Source of the DNA: Octopus vulgaris
Lineage: Eukaryota
Assembly (NCBI GenBank): GCA_951406725.2
Contig: OX597814.1
Location: 13,702,001 to 13,766,000 of the forward strand
Length of the DNA: 64,000 bases
Direction of reading: 5' to 3'
Within the stretch, counting starts at the first letter, position 1. Each line of letters begins with the position of its first letter. Both the position numbers and the translations under genes were made by a program. Under the pieces are notes generated by a model. It had not been told where the DNA came from. It was given only the letters and a program-made list of their open reading frames with translations, and did not search any database. Below are positions 54,469 through 64,000 of the stretch, in pieces.

Positions 54469-54525
<57 letters not shown>

Positions 54526-55249
54526 GCATATAACTGAACGCATTTACCTCATCATATATATATATATATATATATATATTATTTTTAAATGTTATATCAG
54601 TATATCAAAAATACGTAGTTATAAAAAGAATGATCCAAAAATTGAATTTAGTTATGTCGTAAATAAACAGGAAAAAAACCCCATTAATTCACCCTTCAAC
54701 GAAAAGTGAAATAGAATTTACTAGGAATAAATATCTCCATATACATAAGTTTATATGTGCATACATTTAAGATAAATCATTCTGCAAATAAAAAGCAAAT
54801 AAAACGTTATACGTAGATGATGACAAGTAAATTAAAATACATGCAGCTAAATGCAGTAAATAATTTGATTGGAAACGTTAAGTGATATCTGGAAAGGGGA
54901 AAAATTAACGTAAACAACACTTTTCTGAAATTATTTTATGAAAGTAAGAAAAACAGTGTATAACTTTCGTATTCACTCGTATGCGTGTGTATGTATGTAT
55001 ATACATTTGTGCAGAAATTTATACAAATGAGAAATTATATACATAAACGAAAATAGAATAAAACATATCGGTATGTTTGTATCCATATTATAATAATTAT
55101 GGGAATAAGTATTCATTATTTAGAATATCTGGTCGAAAATAACTATTCCAGTAAATACGCACATATACAAATATACATAATTTTTACATCCATACCTACT
55201 TATGTATGTATGTATCTATATACCTATCTACGTATCTATCTATCTATTG

Positions 55250-55343
<94 letters not shown>

Positions 55344-55364
55344 TTCCCCTTTACACCATATATC

Positions 55365-55670
55365 ATAACACTGTGATACACGATCCCTATTGATTGTTTT
55401 TTTTCCTCTTCCCCTTTTTTTCCCCTTTTTTTCCCCTTTTTTCCTCTTTTTTCATTTCTCTTTTCTTTTGTTCCTTTTCCTTTTATTTGTTCTTATTTTT
55501 TTTTTTTTTTTTCTTTTTTCTTCCCCTTTACGATCCCTCTTGATCGAAAACCTACGCCACCCCCTTTTTTTGTGTTTCTTTTGTTTTTTGTTGTTTTTAT
55601 CCCCCAAAAGAAAAGCTCTACCTTGTAACTTGTCCCATTTGTGTGCAGCCCTGTGTGGCCAATAAAGAAA
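55365..55670 (+). mobile_element. Pyrimidine-rich retroelement 3' end inserted in (TCTA)n
   Basis: Ends TTGTCCCATTTGTGTGCAGCCCTGTGTGGCCAATAAAGAAA. (TCTA)n lies on both sides (55230-55342 and 55690-55857). Confidence 0.5.
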
Positions 55671-55723
55671 CTTATCTATATATCGATCGATCTGTCTATC
55701 TATCTACCTACCTACCTATCTAC

Positions 55724-55790
<67 letters not shown>

Positions 55791-55818
55791 CCTATCTATC
55801 TATCTATCTATCTGTCTG

Positions 55819-55857
<39 letters not shown>

Positions 55858-56689
55858 GCACATACATACACACAGAGAACATTTATTACATAAAGCATTT
55901 TGAAGATTATTATATTATTTGATAAATATATTGCAAATATTGCTGACGTAGCAATAGAAGAGAAGTTTTTAATTAATCTTCAAAATAACAGAAAATATCA
56001 GTTATAAACAGAATTCGAACGACTCATTTCTCTCTAAGGATTTGTTACATGTCATGCAAAGAGATATTTCTTTGAACTGAAAGAATTGATGTGACACAGA
56101 ACTAAGTTTGTGTGCTGCCAAACGAAGAAAGTCTACATTTATAAATGGTACTCTGAATCTCTGAATGAAAGAAATGGGATAAACACACACACACACACAC
56201 ACACACATACACACACAAACACACACAAACACGCACACACACACACACATATATGTGAAAGTGAATAGATAAACGAAAAAAATAGGCACTCAACTCAGAA
56301 GTAGTTACGTATTATTATGGGATATGTTTGTGTTGTGATTGTTTGTTCATGTGTGTGGGAGTGTGTGTATGTGTTTGTGTGTGTGTGTTTGGATGTCCAG
56401 GATGTTAAACAGTGTGAGTCAGCGGGCTGATTTGTTTTTGATCCTGCAAAGCCAGTGGACCGTGTCTGGTCTGGAATCCGATTGAATTAACCGTGTGTCC
56501 CTTCTGATATCGTAGTTGATTCTGTCAAAAAAGTGCTTACTGTCACTGCCTTACGTATTGTATAGTCCTTTCCTGGTTCAGGTTGATTCCTTCTAAAGAA
56601 TGAGAGCAATCCCTTTTTAATGTTACTATGGGCAGCTATGGTCGGGCTGGGATTATAGATAACCCTCGTCGAGTTATTTATCTTGCATG

Positions 56690-57730
56690 CCCTCAAGAAA
56701 CGCTCACAACCACAAAAGTTGTTCCTTTGCAAGGGTCACAGCATGTCCATCACAAGCCATCGGAACGGCCACGCTATGGACATCTTTGGGGAAGGATCTG
56801 AAGAAACAAATTCAAATGTTGAATTCCTAGGCGTAACACAAGACTTGAAAACGAGTAAAACGTATACAACAACAGAAGATTGAATCCCCCCCCCCCCACC
56901 GCTGTTGTAATTAAAAGCCTAAACTCAGTGTTTTTCAGAACAATGTCTAGCCTTTCAGTCAATAAAGAAATCTTCAATAGGGCAGCCTCCATACTGTAAT
57001 GTTTAACCTTAGAGAAGTGGGGGATTTCGAGAATTTACCATATACAGAGGTCACACTACCCCACTACCACACCCGAAGAGACACAAAATGAGAAAGCTGG
57101 TTTGGTTCGACTCTTCATTTAGCCTAATAGTTTCCACCAATATAACTAGCACATGCCTATCGTTGGTTAAGAAATATTTATCCAGGGGCAATAAGTACTA
57201 TAAGCTTTTAAACGAATATAACGTGAACTTCAGCCACTTCTTCCCAGATAGCATCGCTTCTAGCATTGAAAACATGCATCCGCACGCCCTCAACACCCAA
57301 CTCCGTAATTTCCGTAACCCTACAAGCTGCCATGTAGAAGGACCATGCATCTCAAAGGTTGTTGTATACAGAGCGTACCTCACATCATCCGATGGCATCA
57401 CAAGGTACTTTATTGGTATGGGGGCCAATGTCTCCAAAGGAAGGCACACATAGTATATGAACTCGTTTAGATGCAAGTACAGAGAGAATACCACCTCTTT
57501 GTCTCATTTCTACTGGAAACTCCACGACCGTCGGTATGAAAATCCCAATATGCAATGGACCGTCAGCGACAGTGTTCCACAATACAAACCACGCGCCTGA
57601 GATTGCGAGCTGCCCCTCTGCCAAAGTCTGCACATTCTCCATCAATCTGTAATATATATCAACGAAGAATACGAATTGTGTTTTTGATTTCAATAACTGT
57701 TAATTTCGAACGATTGCTTTCTGAAAACCT
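56690..57730 (+). mobile_element. Penelope-like relic (RT end + GIY-YIG; Naiad-like)
   Basis: NVEFLGVTQDL, SSLSVNKEIFNRAA, RKLVWFDSSFS..VSTNI, CHVEGPCISKVVVYRA...RYFIG and NSFR.KYRENTTSLSHFYWKL. Confidence 0.88.
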
Positions 57731-58109
57731 AGATATATCACTTTTACATTGGCTGACCTACAACCAAGGACAGTGTTCCACAACCAATGCCTACGCAAAC
57801 CCCAGACAGAACACCCAAGCTTATGTATCACCTGTAACCTACTACATTCGCCTCCATAAACGAGAGAGTGCGCAAGCGGGAACACATATACATACACACA
57901 TCTATGTATGTAAACGCCTCCATTTCCCCCTCCTTCGCTAACACCACCAAACGTCAGTCCAGTACCTATTCCCTATATAACTCCACCAACTTTGAGCAAT
58001 AGAACCCTGTTATCAGTAGCTAACTTAGATATTTACCATTACTTACCATCAACCGCTACAATCTAGATGTAGTGCATTAATTCACCTACTTCGGCTCTAC
58101 CATAGCTAA

Positions 58110-58865
58110 CTTTTCTTTTGTATCTGAGATCAACAGGCGAAGTGGACAAGCATCCTGCACATATACTAGGCTCACAAAGATAATCTTGGAAAAGAGAAAA
58201 CCGACTGTAAACACAATGACTGTTGTCTACAAGGCGTACGTCCTGAGTACGCTACTTTCCAGCAGTGAGACGTGGAGCCCCACTCCAGGTAGGAGCGGTG
58301 TCCCAACATCTTCTATCTTAATAATTTTAGATGTATCCTGGATATCAAGTGGATAGACCACATCACCAATACCGAAGTTTTCAGACACACCAAGAGACCC
58401 GGCATACTCACCCTGCTCCAGCAGCGTCGTCTACGCTTATTCGGTCATGTACATAGCATGCTGGACAGGAAGATCACAAAATACCTCCTGTATGGGGAAT
58501 TGGTTACCGGCACAAGAGCACGAGGGCGGTCTCATATTCGCTTCAAGGACGTCCTTGATCTGCATGTCCTGCCATGGAAGGAGTTCGCAAATGGTAACCC
58601 ACACTGGAAACAAATACTGCGACAGGGGATAAAGCGAGTCGAAGGAAAACAGGATCCCTCCACCAAAGAAAAGTACACTCGAAGGAAGGAAAAACTAGTA
58701 GCACCGGCAGACAGCTCCTTCTAATGTAGTCGTGGTAAGCGTGACCGCTACTCACGTGTGAGCCTATGCAGCCACAACAGATACTGCAATGCCATCATCA
58801 GCTGACACTGTTTATTTGGGTACAGATACCATGGTCTCTCGAGATCGACGGAAGCCTACGGCAAC
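58110..58865 (+). mobile_element. RTE-clade LINE 3' fragment
   Basis: EINRRSGQAS, VYKAYVLSTLLSSSETW, RCILDIKWIDHITNTEV and QRRLRLFGHV.SM.DRKITKYLLYGEL.TGTRARGR..RFKD. Tail CCATGGTCTCTCGAGATCGACGGAAGCC. Confidence 0.92.
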
Positions 58866-58871
58866 CTATAT

Positions 58872-58909
<38 letters not shown>

Positions 58910-58912
<3 letters not shown>

Positions 58913-60514
58913 TTAATTAATAAAAAAATATGCATATATACATACATATATGAACGTACCTACCTCTACATGTATATATACATGCACATATGGGTACAGG
59001 ACACCAAAAAAACCTCCGCAAAAAGATCTCAAATTTTATTTAATTTGCTTTTCGCAGGAAGGAAAGTTTCTATCGATGATGCGTATCGCCTTCACCTTCG
59101 AAACGCAGAGTAGATGAAACCATGGGGACTGAAGAAGGGGAATGTTCCTTGTGTTATTTGTCCCTATCTTCTCTCTGTTTAAGAAAAATTTCCAGTTCCT
59201 TGGTTTTGTGTTAATGTTTTCGTTTCTCATTGTGTTCGACTTTTTTCTTTTGGTGTCCTGTACCCATATATGCATGTATATATACATGTAGAGGTAGGTA
59301 CGTACATATATGTATGTATATATGCATATGTTTTATTTATTAATTTGAAGTGAGGGCGCGTGGCTTAGTGGTTAGGGCATTCGGCTCACGATCGTAAGGT
59401 TGTGAGTTCGATTCCCGGCGACGCGTTGTGTCCTTGAGCAAGACACTTTATTTCACGTTGCTCCAGTCCACTCAGCTGGCAAAAATGAGTTGTACTTGTA
59501 TTTCAAAGGGTCAGCCTTGTCACTCTCTGTGTCACGCTGATTATCCCCGAGAACTATGTTAAGGGTACACGTGTCTGTGGAATGCTCAGCCATTTGCACG
59601 TTAATTTCACGAGCAAGCTGTTCCGTTGATCGTATCAGCTGGGACCCTCGTCGTCGTAACCGGCGGAGTCTTTATTTATTTTTTATTTATTAATTTATTA
59701 TATGACGGAACGCACGCATCCATTTCTAAGTAAGATTGTTCTTGATATTGATAATGATGCGTACTATTAACCTTTCTGTCCCCTCCCTTTCTCAGCCTTC
59801 ATTCTTTCTGGTTTCCTTTTCTTCTACCTTACTGTCTCTCCCTCTCTCTTTCTCTCATTATTTCTGGTTTCCTCACAACCATTCCCTTTTTTTTTCTCCC
59901 TTTTTCCTTGCTCCTCCTCCTCCCTCCCGTCGTTGACCCGCGACGAGAAGTCTGCTACTGCCTTTCTTGCCTGGTGTCCTTGAAGTGTAGACGGCATTTT
60001 CCGTTGCTCCTTCGCCGTTCTAAAAAATAGCGTTCTTAACACTTTATCTCGTTCGGTTTAACAGCCCTTCTTGTCTTGTTATTCTCCTTGTCCCGTCTTT
60101 TACTGTTTATATTTTGTACTGTCGTTACTGTCCTGTTTTTGTTTACCCCTCCGCAAAAAGATCTCAAATTTTATTTAATTTGCTTTTCGCGGGAAGGAAA
60201 GTTTCTATCGAAGATGTGTATCGCCTTCACCTTCGAAATGCAGAGTAGATGAAACCATGGCGACTGAAGAAGGGGAATTTCCCTTGTGTTATTTGTCCCT
60301 ATCTTTTCGTTGTTTAAGAAAAATGTCCAGTTCCTTGGTTTTGTGTTAATATTTTCGTTTCTCATTGTGTTCGACTTTTTTCTTTTGGTGTCCTGTACCC
60401 ATATATGCATGTATATATACATGTAGAGGTAGGTACGTACATATATGTATGTATATATGCATATGCTTCATTTATTAATTTATTATATGACGGAACGCAC
60501 GCATCCATTTCTAA

Positions 60515-60515
<1 letters not shown>
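58910..60515. mobile_element. Non-coding element with two ~370-bp direct repeats plus a 5' inverted fragment (Penelope pLTR architecture)
   Basis: 59013-59731 (minus the SINE insert) repeats at 60148-60515. 58910-59012 is the reverse complement of ~59247-59345. Flanked by (TA)n. Confidence 0.8.
59351..59672 (+). mobile_element. tRNA-derived SINE family D (head D + V/CORE-like core + tail 2)
   Basis: TGGCTTAGTGG A-box, GAGTTCGATTCC B-box and GTCCTTGAGCAAGACACTTTA core. The 3' half is shared with 20997. TSD tttatttattaattt. Confidence 0.9.
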
Positions 60516-60552
<37 letters not shown>

Positions 60553-61614
60553 TCATGTATATAAGTATATACATTTATTATTTCTATGGCTGATGTAATT
60601 CGTACGACTGTTGCCTTTTAAGTACACTGTTCCGTGTCATTTTTTCATATCAGTATGAGAAATTACAGTTATTTAATTCTGAATTCCATTATAAACCCTA
60701 CGAAACCGGAATATGCTAAATTCGATTTCATGTTGTAAATGTTTCCGGGAAATCTATGTTTTATATTTCTATGCCTGAAATGCCTCACCCCGAAGGGATG
60801 AAAAACATTTCAACTTCCCTAATGAAATTGCTTACCATGACATCAAACGAGTAAGCTTTCTTTCATTACAAAATGCATTTCGAAACCTAACGTTGCAAAC
60901 GAAAAAAGCATGATAAATGTGCATTTTGGGATGTTCCACGTTTATTAACCTTCAGAGATATTTTATGATTGCAACCAAAGAAAATGGAGCATGCTTCCTA
61001 TCAATGAAATCGTCCACTTGCTCTGCATAACATCGGATATCACTAAAATGGGACTAAAATTTGTATTCAGTTCTTGTATATGAAAATGTCTGTTTCACTA
61101 TGTTCTTTAAGTATATGAATAAATATCGAATGTATTGCACTTATGCATTATAGCTTGTGGATATTGTTACCGTTCAAAATATAATCGTTGGATATATGTC
61201 ATTTATTCTGGTTTCATTGCTGAGTCTTATAGTCTTTGCTATATGTTATGTAGTGATTTATAAACAGAAAAAATATTCAGGTACATATTTAGGAGATATG
61301 ATTTATAGTTTAGCTTAAGAAAATTAAATCGTTATTGAAAAATTATATATATTTCAGATCGGATTTTGAATTTCGAAGATTCCGATATTACTAGGAAATT
61401 ATTTTCGGATTTTGACATTACTTTATAATTACGTATACGTTAACTAACAATCAGCTTCTGGTAAAAACTTATATTTCATAAGTAATTAAGGTGTATGAAA
61501 ATGCTATTTGTCTAATGCCAGCGAGAAATTTCCTTTAGCTGAAACACAGACACGCACAGGCCCACACAAGTGCACACATTCAAGTGCACACACTAGAGTT
61601 AAAACATACATACA

Positions 61615-61663
<49 letters not shown>

Positions 61664-63057
61664 ATACGGCAAATGAATGACAGAAGATAGAATAAACAAG
61701 AATCTATTAATAATCACAACAATTGTTTCGACACATGTAGCAAATAAAAAATATACGACCAACCGGGACTATTGATATTAACCCTGTGGACCGGAAATTC
61801 CGATGCCTTGGGTCACGGCATGATACACATATGGCATGACATTATCCAAAGACATCTACTTAACAGTTCATATGAAAGACTCAGTGTGTAAACTGGACCG
61901 CAAATGTGGGTACGATGGTAAGTATATGTGACTACGACGCACATAATGATTTACTTTATTGTAAGTTTTATGTTTCTTATCCTTCTTATTTTTATTAATT
62001 TATAAGGCACGCAGTGACCGACAACAAAATATTATACTCGAGTCTACTGCGTGTCTGATAATATATTTCTAGCTTGCGAATAAAAGTGTAAGGGGGCTGT
62101 GGCCATTTTCTTAGTAATTGTTTTTTATTGGTTGATTTTCAATCATCTTCATCCAATGAACGATAGCCTGGCATGGAGCTGTCTTCGTGAATGCTTGTTC
62201 TGTTTGAAGTGTCGAAGTGGAAGGGGAAGCTAATGGGTGTACGTCTGTGTGCGTGTGCGAGGTCGTTCCTATGTGTGTGCGCGCGTGGTTGTCTTGTGTA
62301 TTTGAGTGTGCGTGTTCGAGCGTGTTCTGTTTTTATGCATTCATGTGTGTCGATTGAGCTACTGAGTGTATGTGTGAGCGTGTCTATGTGTGTGTGTATG
62401 TATGTGTGCGCGAGCATGTTCTCTTGTTGTGTATTTATGTGGGTGAAATGTAGATATAGCAAAAGCAATGTCGCATTTTAAACATGAGAAAATTTTAGCA
62501 TATTTGTTCTTATCTGCTTCGTTTCTGTATATAAAATCCGTAAATTTACAAGAAGAAAACTTGATCAACGTCAAAAAAGTATTATTTATAATAGCCCATG
62601 TGTTTTTTTTTAACCACCAAAGACCCGAAATATTGCAACATGCATCAAAGTGCCAAATCAATAAACCGAAATATTGCAACATGCAGTAAAGAGCCGAAAT
62701 ATTGCAACACGCATGGAGAAAAGGAAGAAATGTAAATTAATACTTACTATTGATTAAAGAAAATACGAAAGAAAGAAATATATATGACATTGATTTCTTT
62801 TAATCTTAAAGCTAAATTAAACAAGATCTGTGAAACTATACAAGAACATGCTCTCACACACACGCACACACCATACACAAGAACAAGCATGCACACACAC
62901 ACACACACAAACACACAAGCGTTGCCTTAAAAAGTACGAAACTAGAATTGGGAAATGTTGAAGCTCAAGAAGGTTACATAATGTTATAATAAACCTTACG
63001 AGTATAGGAGTAACAAAAGTTATCATTATTAATACTACATCAGGGCATTTATTATTA

Positions 63058-63348
63058 TTATTCAGTAGTTTTATTTTTATAGCGTGCTTTCACTTCACTA
63101 CCGAGCGCAGCTCTGTGTGCCTTAGGTATGTGCTGTGATTTGTTGTGATGTTCTGATGGTTATTGTATGGAAAGTGTTCTGCGTAGGATGTGTGCAGTGC
63201 CTATTAGTGCAATTTTCTGTATGTTATATGTGTTTGTAAGTCCTGGTGTTTTTGTTATGTATTTGTCTGAATATGTTTTTATCATGCCTAATGCACCTAC
63301 TATGATAGGAATTGTTTCTGTTTTTAGATTCCACAGTCTGGTTACCTC

Positions 63349-63349
<1 letters not shown>
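63058..63349 (-). mobile_element. R4/Dong-type LINE extreme 3' end
   Basis: Minus strand: EVTRLWNLKTETIPIIVGALGMIK..SDKYITKTPGLTNTYNIQKIALIGTAHILRRTLSIQ*, then a short UTR and (AAT)n. Confidence 0.88.
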
Positions 63350-63439
<90 letters not shown>

Positions 63440-63996
63440 GAGTGAGAGAGCAGTGCATGCCATCAAAGTGACACTGGGGTAAAATATACGAAGCCCAATA
63501 TACCCATCATGACTACCCGTCTGATAAAGGTACACCAGACACATGCATCACAACCATATGTGCGCGACATGGTGATCTCATATCAAGATAAACAGCACAT
63601 GACCTTGCAGGTGGGGCCCAGTTAGAATTTTATTCAGGTTGAGTAGCCCATCCCGCTCAAAAGGTCCCTGAATAAGGGTTGTTTAAGGATGTTGAAAGAA
63701 CCACCCATGTTTCCAGAGTTGAATTATTCAAACCCCAAAGAATCCCTCTCAACACATGGCTATGATGCTCCCCCACTACTTCTGCTCGTGATCAGAGATG
63801 CACATATCGTCAGCCACTAAGGGACATGCTCAACTGGTTATGGTCAAACAACTGACAAGCAAATCTGTGGTATTGAGCAGAATATTTGCTGTAGCCCATC
63901 TTTTATACCAAGACAAAACAATGTACATGATAACACTTCCAGTCAGTTAAGATCAGAAGCCATGAGAGCCACTGCCTGGTACTGCATCAGGGTATT
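63350..63996 (-). mobile_element. Repeat family X, apparently full length, with long (AAT)n tail
   Basis: Reverse complement of 45771-46298 plus a 5' extension starting AAATACCCTGATGCAGTACC. Confidence 0.9.
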
Positions 63997-64000
63997 TATT

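Noticed and set aside
59351-59425. tRNA-like sequence (also at 2535, 3351, 20997)
   Set aside because: A/B boxes are present but they continue into SINE bodies, so these are SINE heads rather than tRNA genes.

Overview
AT-rich eukaryotic (animal) DNA, dense in microsatellites. The SINE families and (TA)n/(TAGA)n/(AAT)n content strongly resemble an Octopus (coleoid cephalopod) genome; this is inferred from my recall of the repeat families, not from a search. I find no intact host protein-coding gene. Most ORFs in the track are microsatellite or SINE artefacts. The window is a graveyard of transposons: two mariner relics, three Penelope-like (GIY-YIG) relics, several R4/Dong-type (REL) LINE pieces, two RTE pieces, an internally deleted CR1, and about 13 tRNA-derived SINEs in four families with shuffled modules. 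There is also a possible decayed class-A GPCR pseudogene (~23.4-24.6 kb). The most interesting unannotated signal is a dispersed set of type-I hammerhead ribozyme motifs with a minimal palindromic stem III and often a long stem II. Two have intact cores (6709-6796, 18115-18200) and several are near-intact or degenerate. They sit in short non-coding, (TA)n-flanked elements with tandem and inverted duplications, consistent with non-autonomous Penelope pLTR or retrozyme-like elements.
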